Position numbers and translations under genes: made by a program
NCBI GenBank assembly: GCA_002633005.1
Contig: NMRA01000236.1
Coordinates: 544,968-608,967, forward strand
DNA: 64,000 bases
Source: Phoronis australis
Lineage: Eukaryota > Animalia > Phoronida
Direction: 5' to 3'
Part shown: in pieces, positions 52,127 to 64,000 of the stretch
How the letters are laid out: the number at the start of each line of letters is the position of its first letter
Numbering within the stretch: position 1 is the first letter of the stretch
The notes under the pieces: model-generated
What the model was told of the DNA's origin: nothing
Databases searched by the model: none
Seen by the model: the letters and a program-made list of their open reading frames with translations, nothing else

Positions 52127-54138
52127 CTGTTAATTGCGTTGACCTTTTGATTAAGTTGTTTGCTTTGTAGTTATACCAAGTAACCTCTGGTAATGTGATA
52201 AACGTAATGCTTTACTAATATATAACAATGTCATGCTGTGCAAACGTGTTTTACTACGGCATTCAAATGTTGCCATTTGGCTAAAGCAATGAATGTGCAG
52301 CGACAGCAAATGTTCTTAATATAAGAATTAGATCGCTTATGAACAGAGAGGTACAGTTTTGACAAAAAAGCATTTAAGGGCGTCATGTGGTTATAGACCT
52401 ACTATATTTTTACATAATTGCCAATTTTAGTGTCGTGTTTTCTAATGGAGGTAAGCGGCTACCGCACATACGTTATCGCTTAGACAGTTTGCTCCACCCA
52501 GGGAGACCGAACCATTGGAGATGTTTTGTACATGTACGCACGAAAAGACTCATTAAAAACTCGTAATTCTAATAATTGAAGTACGATTGCCATTTGCCAT
52601 GCTTGCGGAGTTCACCTGGTCACTACACGCCTCAAAAGGCACAGTGAAAAAAGGAGTTTAGTAGACCTACGAAAAATTAAACTCGGCTTGAACCCAGGTT
52701 TCAAATGATAAATGAAGCATACTTTGAAATAAGTACAGCCGTGCTACTAATCATCATGAACAGGGCGCAGGGTACAATCTCTGAACTCAAACTCAAAGCC
52801 AAACTTTTCGCGCCACATGATTTGAGCTCAGAAATTAAAAACGGTTATAAACCCGATTTGATTTAAAAAATGGTCTTATATAACAGTAACTGGTCTAAAT
52901 GAAAATTTGCTTCACGGAATGCGCGTTTAGGCAAATAAAAGGTTTGAGTTATTTCGAAGCGAGCCACTCAATTTTCGAGTCGAGTACAGGGATTAGCTTT
53001 ATCATTAGATTAACACGTTTTTATGTCAACATTTCATTTTTAAGGAAAGTACATTCATAGCAAAATAGCGCCACAGTCGAGTTTAATTAAACTTTTTTAA
53101 AATGAAAACTTCACCAGTTACCTCAAAAACGCTGTTAGGAATTTTCCATTAGTCTCTTAGTTTGGTTTCTATGGATAATCAACTCGCAAAACGTAAAGCA
53201 TTTTTGTAAAAAATAGCTGTCGTGTTTGTCTTTGTTACATTACGCAAAAACTAGGCCATTAAATCGAAAATCCAAACAGCTTTTTGAGATTGATGAACAA
53301 ATATTTTAATATTTTAATACTTAAAAGCAGGCCAACAGTTCATTTTTATACACAACACATGTCGGAAGACTGCCATGAAACCAAGAACGAGATGGACAAC
53401 AGAAATCGAATCCCCTCGGTGGTTAAAACTCGTCGTGAGCACAAGATGGAAACAATGAAATGTTAAAGTACCTTGAGTGAGGATTTAATCTCTTTCACAA
53501 CTTACTGTGATCGTGCACACAAAAACACAAAAACACAAGGGCGTGTAGCGACTCACAGCAATCGTTCTCAACGGTCATATGCATGTAGACACACACCTCC
53601 CTCAGATTTAAAACTACATGTACTTTTTGTCTTCGTTTTCCCCGGCATCTTTTTATCATTTGTACCCCTTCTTGACTCTATGGCGACTCGGTGAATGACG
53701 GGAATTGAGGGTACTCACGGAACTGCTCTATGCATGGGGGAGATTCGATTTGAGTGATGTGTAACCTTTGACCTCGAATAAGCAATAAATAATTTTCCAC
53801 GCGGTTGAGCAATTCCAAGGTGATTGTGCTAAATCGTTTTTTCACGGTAACTATACATTTGGTATTGTGAAATTCCCCAAGAATGAAGTAAGGTACACAT
53901 ATGTCACAACTATGGGACTATTCACAGTCGTACAGCATGACAAGAGCAAAATGTCGCTTGTTGATAAGCTGGTGTATAATTCAAAGATACGTCACGCTTA
54001 CGGCGACGAAACAGACACGGTAGGAGAGTTAAAAACCCAATACAGAACCCAAGCTCAAGCAGTTCATTCACCGGAACACATCTCTCGTTCTGAAGGTCAG
54101 GATGACTATGACCGAGGACAAGGTCTATATTCACTTTT

Positions 54139-54445
54139 CAGCGTCGGATTTAGGAGGAGCAAGTGGACCATGCCCCCCCCTAAAATTCTCCCACATACCA
54201 TTTGGCAGTTCGGGGTCGAATTGGTGACTAGCATATGCGCGCACCCAGGTGGGCTCAGGGACGGAATGCAAATGCATCGGCCTTGAAAAAAACCCCGTTT
54301 ACCGTTTTCTTAGTAATAAGGTCCGCAAACTCGAAAATTCGAGACCCCTGCATGCCCACATTTTAGGCCGGGCGCGTGCATGTGGCGAAATTCTGGATTA
54401 TTCCTGTGCCCTGGCCCCCCAACTCAAAATCCTGGATCCCTGTTG
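54139..54445. mobile_element. MITE inserted at the start of LINE ORF2
   Basis: Imperfect inverted ends CAGCGTCGGATTTAGGA / TCCTGGATCCCTGTTG; GC-rich; LINE frame resumes immediately after. Confidence 0.6.
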
Positions 54446-55211
54446 CTTTTGCAGTTGGAGTGTTAACGGGTTAGTAAATAAAATCAGGCGTTTCGATATA
54501 CAACAATATTTCCATAAATTTGACGTAACAGCTTTACAGGAGACACGAGTGAATACTGCGGATGAGTTCCATTAAGACGATGACAGTGTATTTTAAAAAA
54601 TAAGAGGTAATGGTATTTTGTTGTTATCAAAGAAAATATATCACATCTCTTTTCAGTGCTAGAAAATGGTTCCGGGTAATGTACCGTGGTTAAATTGTAA
54701 GTTGAGAAAAGACAAACAAATGATGATATAAGTTATGTATGTTTCTCCGAAGGGATCGAATCCTTATTCTGACGAGTTAATTTTTTATTGTATTGAAACA
54801 AATCTTGCCAGGTTTCGTAGTCAGTTCTCAGATTGTGACGTACTAGTGTTGCAACATGAATGCCCGTACAGATGAACAGTCAGATCACATGACTGACGAT
54901 GGTATGTAGAAGACGGCATTGTTCAGTGTTGAGTTTGACTATATGGGCTACGTGTGAAAAACAGTGTAATGACCATGGAGCTGACCTATTGCATACAAGT
55001 CAAAGTTGTCAGCTTACTTATGGCAGAGTCGGTTCGGACAAGTAGTAGATTACGTTTTATGTAGTGAATCATTTGTACATAAATTTACTCAGTTTGATGT
55101 GGGCCAAGAGATTCGTTCAGATCACTTTCCGCAAGAATTTTCTGTATGTGTGAACAAGACAAAACTTTGTTTCAATCAGGCAGTGTGTGAACAGATTACC
55201 AGAGTGAGATC

Positions 55212-55895
55212 ACTAATTCATCTATTCCCACTAATCGCTGCGCCACCTGCAGGGATAGACTGATAACAAAATATGTCAGCAACAGGATCACAGCTTGAGA
55301 AACACAGAACCCTCATTTCAACTAATTCAACTTTTCCCACTAATCACTACGCCACCTACCGGCAGACAGATACAACACATGGCGCTAGCAAAAGGCTCAC
55401 CAGGTTCACAACTTGACAGACACAGAACACGCATTTCAACTTCAGATAGACTAAATATCTGAGATTGAACTAATTCAACTATTCTTCCCACTAATCGTTT
55501 CGCCACCTGCAGGCAAGACAGTGACTCAGGTCTTTCTGTCTCACAATGCCAGGAATACTTCAGATGGCGCTACAACTGGTTGAATTAGTTGAATTAGTTG
55601 AATAGCTCCGTGCTGGATAGGTTGAGATGACTTGGGATTAGTTGGACTGTTCCTACTCATCGGTGCGTCATCTGTGGACGGGGAGCTAACTTACATGACG
55701 TCATACAGAAGCTCAATGTTAGAGACACCAATCACGCATTTCAACTAATTCAAGTATTCCCACTAATCGCTGCGCCACCTGTAGGGGCAGTTTGATAACA
55801 AACATGGTGTCAGCAATAGACTTGTATCAGTGGTGATGACAGGATAAGTTGAGATGAGTTGGGATTAGTTGGGTACAACTAAACATTCTGACATG
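55212..55895 (-). repeat. Satellite-bearing element, copy 2 (reverse orientation), inside the LINE
   Basis: About five reverse-complement units (TTCCCACTAATCGCTGCGCCACCTG) in the same order as copy 1, ending CAACTAAACATTCTGACATG, the reverse complement of the 26453 terminus with one mismatch. Confidence 0.9.
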
Positions 55896-58334
55896 TATGG
55901 AATTAATAAACAAAATGGTTATGTTGAACTGTTAGGTTCTAACCTAGATCAAGACTTTAATCATGTGTAGTACACCATCTGATGGTGTGCAGAATAATTT
56001 GTATAGAAACAACATACGAAAGCATTGGTTTGATAAGGACTTTAAAGTACTAAAAACTGAAACACAACAGATTCTAAAAAAATCAGATTTGGAGATAGAA
56101 TTTAATTTAAAAAATTATGTTGAAAAACGTAAACTATACAAGCTATTTTACAAGCTAACTCTCGCCAGAAAAAAGATGCACTATACGAAAATATTTATGA
56201 GCAAACTAGGAGCGGCAGCAAAAGAAACGAATAAAAATAAATGTTGGAATCTGCTTAAACCTATTCAAAATACTATGTCATCCTGCTAGTGAGTGGTTTA
56301 CTTGTTTTAGAAACACTTATGATAATAATGAAACTTTATATGACGAGTTTTATGCAGGTTTCCACTCCTATGTTGAAAATTTTGTTAACAATCATGCGGA
56401 TCACTCTTTTGTATGTTGCCGGAATTTTTTTCTAAATTGATGTGAAATCATCTAAGCAGGTTGATGGAAGAGAAGGAAACAATGTCTGAAGTCCAAGCAT
56501 GCTTTAGAAAAAAATATTCCACTGATGATAATATTTTTGTATTGCAAACATCAATAACTAAATATTTGTTAAGAGATAGGGGTGGATTTTATTGTATCTT
56601 TTCGGTCAATTTCAAGAAAGCCTTGAACTGGGTTTGGTGAAATGGTTTAAAATATAAGCTCATGCGCTATAATATTATTGGGAAAATGTATAGAATATTA
56701 AGTGAAATGTATAGAAATGTTAAATCAATTTTGTCTTTGAATGAAGATGGAGAGATTACTGATTATTTTGATTGTTTGTCAGGAGTTCGCCAGGAACTTG
56801 AATATGAGTTACAAGCAGGTAACTCCACACCAGGCGTATCACTTGGCATTGGTACTGTCTACTGTTTGACGACGACTTAATAATATTTACAAACACTGCA
56901 GTGAAATATTTTGTAGAAAATGGAAATTGATCATTAAGTCCAAAACGACAGTTAGATTTTTTGAAAAGGTGGTTATCTGGGGAGTTACGAAAATGTTTCT
57001 TAAATAAAAAAACGTCAATGTTATCTAGCAACAAATACCTCGGCATATACTTTACTGTGAAAAATGTGTGGTCGGAGACTCAAAAAATCTAGCAGATCAA
57101 ACATCCAAAGCTTCATTTATATTGAAAAAAACAAATGTCTCATTTTGATGAGGTATCGGTTATCATCTGGCTGCTTATTTTTGAGTGTAAAATTAAACCA
57201 TTAATATTACAGTATACTGCGGAGATATGGGGTTTTCCTTCCACAGCGGATGTAGAATAAATTTTGTAATTTTTATTGGGTCTTGGCAAAGTGCCCAAAC
57301 TTGGCCGCCAGGGGAGAACTGGGAAGAAATACTGGCCTCAGTAGTATTTCCTATAATAATCAAATACCGATTAGAATTGCTTAAAGCTGGTGAAAACAGG
57401 TATATATGAAAATTGTTACAACTGTCAATATATTTAGCTGAACGAAATGTCAACTGTTGGGCATTGTGTGTCAAGCAATTATTGTTCAGATCGAGAGTGG
57501 GCATCGTTCTGGAAATGCAGTCTGTTGGTAACGAGTGTGTATTTATGAGTGAGTTTAAACAACAGACGGGCATCAGTGGCAGGAGGAATTGCTAGGTGTC
57601 AGTAAATTAAATACTTACATATTATATAAACAACACTTAATTATGGAAGCCTATGTCATAAGTGTAAAAAGCAGAAAGTATTTGAAGGTTTTGGCAAAAT
57701 TTAGATGTTCTAACCACAAGCTATAAGTAGAAAGCGAAAGACATGTGAAAACTCCCAGGGAGAATAGACAATGTACTGTTTGTGACGCTTGCTACAAATT
57801 TAAATATTCACGGTGTTAATGAGACATAGCATCTTTAGTCAACGCGTAGTATTGCTTATTCAACGTGCACTTTTGTTCATTTCATATAGCCCAATCACGT
57901 CCGTCTTCTCCAATCTGAAATGGCTTCAACTTTCTATATGCCTACTGTAAGGCCGGTTTCGAAGATCGTTCAACTGAGCACGTAAGTGATGGCTGTGAAC
58001 TTGCCTGTGATAGGGCATAGTGAATAACTAATTCAGCGCTTTGTACTTGTAATAGCCGTTGGTTAAACAGCCCAGACGCCACCTACTTCGCCCGCCCTCC
58101 AGTTGCAGCATATTTCCTTACACATGCACCTCTCTTCTGGTGCCTGATATTAAGTGACATGCTTAAGTAGCAAGAGGGTTTACACGTGGGCCATGACGCG
58201 CCTGTTCATTGCAGTGAGGTCTACCTGGCCAGAACTCAATCGATTTTGCCCTTGGCAAATATTTATTGAAGCATTCCGAAAGCAGTCTTTGTTATGAAAT
58301 GCTTTTTCCTTTGTGCAGATTTCCAATGGGGTGA

Positions 58335-58500
58335 ACCATGTGATATCTAAATCGTTGATCTATTCTTTACATTGCACATTTGAGTATTTGATTCCGCGCT
58401 TTAATGTGTTGGCGTATTTTGCATTGCCGCCACTCTCTGTCCGGGCGTCCGGCGTTCGCTCGTAATGTATCTCCCAGTGGTATAATCTCCATTAAATTTT
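58335..58500 (-). pseudogene. Possible Myb/SANT (trihelix) remnant of a Harbinger-type transposon
   Basis: Minus frame ...ANTLKRGIKYSNVQCKE*INDL resembles the GxxRTxxQCxxKxxNL helix; short and degenerate. Confidence 0.35.
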
Positions 58501-59117
58501 AAGCTGACCGTGACAATGACTTTTGGACGAGCTACGACAACCGCTGTGACCTGGTTGGCCCCAATTCATTACATCAGTCATTTTAAATATAACAATAACA
58601 AAACGGATTTATAAATAAAACGAGGTACAATTACGGCCATGAGCTGCAAAAGTGTAGTTGTAGGCTTTAAAATGTATCAAGTTGCGATTCTAGCCTTGAC
58701 TCCCGCCGAGGTTTGGTCTACTGTCCCCTTTTCTTTTTGTGTCAGTCATTTAAGTGTTAGATCGTTCTCCAGTGTTTAGCTTTTCAGTAGTCTCACAGAC
58801 GATGTTGTCGCTTATGAAACTTCAATGGACTCATTATGCGTGTACAACGTTCGCTAAAGCGCTGTTATTTGTTTTTCTATATTGATTTGAGCGAAAACCA
58901 GAACCTTAGGTATGGATCTATGACCCAATAAAGTCCTTGCATGGATAGACCTACTTGTGAAATAGAGATTTTCCAATACAACGCCTTCTCGCTAGATGAT
59001 GATATGGTATTTGGTGGTCCAGTGTTGACCAGTAGTTACAGTGCCACCTGTTGCCTATATGGAAAACAACTCGCTGGAATCCCATGTGCGGGCATGTCTT
59101 AATTTGGAGTGTTTAAA

Positions 59118-59362
59118 TTCGTTCAAAAATCGGGATTCCTATATTGCGCAAGCCTGCGCGTTATGGGAATCTGAGCCTAATAGGCGTTTTAAAGAAAATT
59201 TGAAGGAAAACTCGTTCAAAAATCGGGATTCCTATATTGCGCCAGCCTGTGCGTTATAGGTATCTGAGTCTGATAGGAATTTTAAAGAATACTTGAGGGA
59301 AAACTCGTAGAAAATCAGGATTCCTATATTGCGCAAGCTTGCGCGTTATAGGAATCTGAGCC
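59118..59362. repeat. Tandem repeat, 93-bp period, about 2.7 copies
   Basis: AAAATC(G/A)GGATTCCTATATTGCGC(A/C)AGC(C/T)TG(C/T)GCGTTAT(G/A)GG(A/T)ATCTGAG near 59126, 59219 and 59311; related inverted sequence at about 61825-61890. Confidence 0.9.
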
Positions 59363-59363
59363 C

Positions 59364-59669
59364 GGCCGCACACCGTAGTCCTCTTTCAGACGGGGAACCA
59401 TCCGAACAAGACGCCTGTGAACGTGCGGCGGTTCGTCCGTCGACAAATCATTCCCACCGACGTGCAGAATGACGACATCTGGCCGGAAACTGGATACCAC
59501 ATGGAGTTCATGTGAATAGTGACCTGGTGGTCATTCCGCCAACACCATGAATCTTGACAATAGGATCAAAGGCAAGTCGAAGGTGAAGTTCGTCGGACGG
59601 CTCTCGCAACATGTAGTCGCGGAGTCGACGTACGTGGCTGCTCCCAAGGATCTGAATTCGCTTCGACAT
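59364..59669 (-). pseudogene. SGNH/GDSL hydrolase remnant of the type carried by DIRS/Ngaro retroelements
   Basis: MSKRIQILGSSHVRRL (block I), HGVGG (block II), then after a frameshift FRPDVVILHVGGNDL (block III); truncated at the tandem repeat. Confidence 0.8.
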
Positions 59670-60080
59670 AGTAATCTGTTCGATCCACCGCATACTGTCA
59701 CATTTTATTGTACTGTGGCAGAAACAGTCCACACAATAGCGGAGTTGCAACCGAATCGATTTAACGATTGCGCATGTCCGGAAATTAGGGTGCGCAAAGG
59801 CTACTGGGATTGTTGATGGTAAACGGGATGACCGACTGGTTTGCACGACGTGTAATTTGTGTGCATTAAACTACGCTGCTGTATGTAATTCTGCCGCTAT
59901 TCGCCCTAATTAGCGCCCATGGCTCAACAAGTGCCCCAACGCGTTTTCAGACTTTGCTAAAGTAAGCGCCCAGCCCATGAACTACATGCGAAAAATGCCC
60001 TTACCTACAGTTCTAACGTCTCCAATTTATCAATTGAAAGATCCGACAGCCTGAATTTGTAACGGACCACGAGCCTCACC

Positions 60081-60730
60081 NNNNNNNNNNNNNNNNNNNN
60101 NNNNNNNNNNNNNNNNNNNNNNNNNNNNNNNNNNNNNNNNNNNNNNNNNNNNNNNNNNNNNNNNNNNNNNNNNNNNNNNNNNNNNNNNNNNNNNNNNNNN
60201 NNNNNNNNNNNNNNNNNNNNNNNNNNNNNNNNNNNNNNNNNNNNNNNNNNNNNNNNNNNNNNNNNNNNNNNNNNNNNNNNNNNNNNNNNNNNNNNNNNNN
60301 NNNNNNNNNNNNNNNNNNNNNNNNNNNNNNNNNNNNNNNNNNNNNNNNNNNNNNNNNNNNNNNNNNNNNNNNNNNNNNNNNNNNNNNNNNNNNNNNNNNN
60401 NNNNNNNNNNNNNNNNNNNNNNNNNNNNNNNNNNNNNNNNNNNNNNNNNNNNNNNNNNNNNNNNNNNNNNNNNNNNNNNNNNNNNNNNNNNNNNNNNNNN
60501 NNNNNNNNNNNNNNNNNNNNNNNNNNNNNNNNNNNNNNNNNNNNNNNNNNNNNNNNNNNNNNNNNNNNNNNNNNNNNNNNNNNNNNNNNNNNNNNNNNNN
60601 NNNNNNNNNNNNNNNNNNNNNNNNNNNNNNNNNNNNNNNNNNNNNNNNNNNNNNNNNNNNNNNNNNNNNNNNNNNNNNNNNNNNNNNNNNNNNNNNNNNN
60701 NNNNNNNNNNNNNNNNNNNNNNNNNNNNNN
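60081..60730. other. Assembly gap (650 N)
   Basis: Run of N. Confidence 1.
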
Positions 60731-61025
60731 TTTTTTTTTCACTACCAACCGCCGTGGAGTATTTGTTACTGTTTCTTTGAAGGGAGATATTGTTGGGCAG
60801 TTTCTAAGATACGTTTTCTTGCCGCCCTCAAAATGAGCGCTGCACACATGCTACGAAGTCGGAAAGAATTCACGAAGTCGGCCTTTGCTACCAGCTCTAC
60901 CGATGTCTCTGAAACATGTTTAACGCAGTTCTTGATCCTTGGGAAACAGGTAGTAACTAATTTTTTTATTTCGCTAACTGGTATTATAGCATGTCAGGCA
61001 CACAACACGTATAACCTCCCTGTGG
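60731..61025 (-). pseudogene. Disrupted THAP domain
   Basis: GGYTCCVPD/CYNTS*RNKKISYYLFPKDQELR*...HVCSAHFEGGKKTYLRNCPTI; C2CH THAP with stops and a frameshift. Confidence 0.85.
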
Positions 61026-63179
61026 CCGGTTCGCCCCCAAGCTTGCCGACGTACTTGTTTACCAGCTTAACCACAATGCAACATTCTGACCCATTTCCAA
61101 TATGGCGGCGTTGCAACTCCGCTATTGCCAATCACACTACATCGAGTGACTCTGACCAATGAGAATAAATGTTTTGGCTGACTTTGCTATTCAGGTTTGT
61201 TGTTGACATTCCTTTGAGGAGTAGGCCATAACTGCCAAACTAAGAGAGTAGCGGTCCTCCATAATCGCAGTTAATCCCCCGGCCGTGGTGTGATGTAAAC
61301 CTATCTCTTGCTGTGTAGTTAATAAAAGAGCGGACTTAAGGAGCCGGTAACAATGCTCTGATGTTGGTGATCAAAGTTTTAACTGTTTACCTGTTTGCTG
61401 TGTAATCTGCCTAAATCATTTAGACAACTCTGCGCGGAAAATCAGTCCTTAACTGACATTCAACAAGGGCAAATTACTGACGCCGTACGCGACGGTATTT
61501 TAGAATACAAATTAACAACGAAAATCCTCATACAATGTCCTGCTCGCTTGGCATTATGAACAACACAAACGTCTTTTATACCCTGTAGATGCCTAAATAA
61601 GTTTTGAATAAATGAGGCATACGTCTCGACAATTTGTATTCCTACATATAACGTACATGTATATAGTAAAATCAGCGTCCAGTAGGCGCATCACGAAATT
61701 ATCAAAACAATACAGGAAATGCGACCAAAATCTATTAATTAATGTAAAACGCATAATTTTGGACTATTATCATCGAATTATTATCATACGAAGCATTTCC
61801 TGTTCTATTACCCGTAAATCGGCACGATTCCTAAAGTGTTGCGCGTTTTAGGAATCCACAAACGGGCCTGCGCAATATATGGATTTACCCCGGTTTTGAT
61901 GACGTCATCCGCATTAGCGCAGATCAACAAAACGCAGCACAAGTTACTGATGCATTTCTCAACATCAGCCAGTCGCAATATTTAACATGAGCGAACTCAC
62001 GCAAAATAAGGCAGTCTCGTGATATTTGTTGTCAGTTCCTGAGCATAACCTTCTTGAATATGGGACGAACGTGCCCGACAGGAACTTAAGCTGAATGGAT
62101 TTTAAACGGCAGGTAAAACCAAAAAATTCGTATCGTAGTCCAAAATAGACCCAGTGTCAGTGTTACTTATTACTTGTCGGCAGTGAGGGTCATAGCGTAG
62201 GGTTTGTAGGTACCCTGGATTCCAAGAAGTAAGTTTTCGAAGAAATCTAACTTGTGGCGATCAACACGTCCTGTTGTTTTGAATAGATTTGCAAGGTATG
62301 GCTGGAGTCAATAAACGTGCGTATTGATATTGAATAGCTTTGGGTCGCTGCACACCAAATAAAGCCGGAAGAGGTGGTTTCGAAGAAATCATCACGTCAT
62401 GTAGTCACGCTCTACTTTATAACAATCAAAATGCTCTTTCGTTGAGCAGTACTTTGTTGAATATTGTCGCTGCCGCTAGTGAATCGCCTACGAAAATTGT
62501 ATTGGAGAAGGTGAGACTAGTTTTTTAGTCTTTCTAACGTTTATGTGCTTTTGTCCATACTGTAATTTTTATACCACGAGACCTGGTACCCTAATAGAAA
62601 CCAGTTTCTAGTACAACAGATACACTGTGATAAACCTAGATCATGATCGAGGTGACAAACAGACTCCTAGGCACCGTGCCCGTTCAAAGATTTATAGTTG
62701 CACTTTTTTACTGAGTATTGTGATGACGAGACTTTCATGCAAAGCAAAAAAATGGTGATCCATTATCGGCAAAACGACAGCTGCGCCCTAAACGAAACCC
62801 CCTCAATATGAAATTGGTTTCGATAAATTGCTTTGCACATTCCCTGACGGCTCGGTGTAATAGCGTAGCTACTGTAACTATTGTAATAGGCCTGGTTAGA
62901 AGCCATAATGACATTTCATTTCTTTTAAGCCTAGAAACCTTTTCAAAACAAGATGAGGCGGATGTTTTTGATTAAAGGCGCGAGTTTATTGCTTCTTCGA
63001 AGGAAAGCATCGGGCAAAAATCCAATGAATTCGTATCCTAGTCCAATATATTGACCCCGTTGGCCAGCGTTATCAGTTATCAGCAGTGACAGTCGTAGTG
63101 CTGGGGGAGTAGCCCCTGATTCCGAGAACTGAGTTTTCGAAGAAATTTGATATGTGTCCTTCATTACGTCCGGTGTCGC

Positions 63180-63300
63180 GTGAAATTTCTTCCCCGTGAA
63201 ATTTCTTCCCACTCTGACCCTTTTGCGCATGCGCGGTATTGAGGGGAAGTTATTTCACGTCTAAGGCATGAAATTTCTTCCCCCGTGAAATTTCTTCCCA
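63180..63300. repeat. Cluster of TGAAATTTCTTCCC repeats (probable MITE subterminal repeats)
   Basis: Four direct copies plus one inverted variant (GGGAAGTTATTTCAC). Confidence 0.7.
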
Positions 63301-64000
63301 AATGAAGACGGCAAAGCACAGCTGTAAAATAAGCCTAAAAATATAAATTCACTACGTGTGTGATAATGTAACGATTTTAGTCAATTATCATTGTTATGTT
63401 AGACATTGGTAAATGAATTATAATTAGATTTACTTCAATTCAGTCGCCGGTCAGTAGGCTTGCGCATATATGGCCTTGACTTTGCGGGTTGTGATCATGC
63501 TTTTGTTTGTTTTATTGTACTCTGTAAACTGTATTATGAGCTAATATTACTTATGTTAATAAACCTGTCACCCTCTGTCTCGCTCTCTCTGTCTCTTTCT
63601 CTCTACTTGAGGGGAGGAATTCCGTTAGCTAGGTAGGGTCGTGCCCCTGCTGCCGTGGAGTGCATCCGGACCGGGGAGTCCTCTGTTGAAAGGCAAATTA
63701 GTAAAAAGCTCTTTCAAAAAAGTGACATTTTGTAGACTATATACTTATAATTGATTCATAAGATTAAAATATTTCTGAATTTCATTTCCTGGCCTGGGCG
63801 TGGCCCGACCTTAGGCCCGTCGCGGTGAAGACGCTCTTCGTCGTCACTCCGATCTGAGTGTTCTTTTTCGCTTGTACTGAATTTCCTTCAAGAATATGTT
63901 AGAAATACTCGAATGGGTAAAAATACTCGGTTGGGTATATTCCCAGTAAGGCATTATCATTTGTTGTGGTACGTAATAAGTTAAAATAATCGACGCCCAC

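Larger units (their letters stand above)
53450..57800 (+). mobile_element. Degraded RTE-X-like LINE (ORF1 remnant, AP endonuclease, RT, C-terminal Cys region), interrupted by two insertions
   Basis: DRAH and LVDKLVYNSKI (ORF1-like); FCSWSVNGL..FDVTALQET, YVSP, VVDYVLCS, SDHFP (APE); WFDKD, STDDNIFVLQ, GVRQ, KYLGI, YTAEIWG, LAKFRCSNHKLIVESERH..PRENRQCTVC; many stops and frameshifts. Confidence 0.85.
59738..61123 (-). mobile_element. ISL2EU/Harbinger-group DNA transposon with THAP remnant; spans the assembly gap
   Basis: Perfect 14-bp TIRs AGCGGAGTTGCAAC / GTTGCAACTCCGCT, each flanked by AT (59736-37, 61124-25); empty site would be CAATTG. Confidence 0.8.

Noticed and set aside
60005-60847. 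280-aa ORF
   Set aside because: Mostly X across the N gap; only the THAP remnant is real.

Overview
AT-rich, intron-containing animal DNA (probably a marine invertebrate; draft assembly with three single-N joins and one 650-N gap). Genes, left to right: the last exon of an unidentified gene (+); CFAP68/C11orf1 (-, three coding exons) head-to-head with a two-exon archaemetzincin (+); a DUF1757-like membrane protein (-); and a six-exon sacsin-like gene (+, 28314-49991, about 2882 aa). The sacsin has two GHKL-ATPase repeats and an intact frame, but its J-domain/HEPN tail has decayed behind a premature stop and a hAT MITE. Two of its splice donors are locally duplicated. It is bracketed by two oppositely oriented copies of a repeat array rich in CTCF-like motifs. 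The rest is transposon debris: Kolobok and ISL2EU-type THAP elements, CR1/L2 and RTE-X-like LINEs, an SGNH-hydrolase element, Helentron-type repeats, MITEs and a tRNA-derived sequence. Family assignments come from motif recognition by eye; no searches were run.
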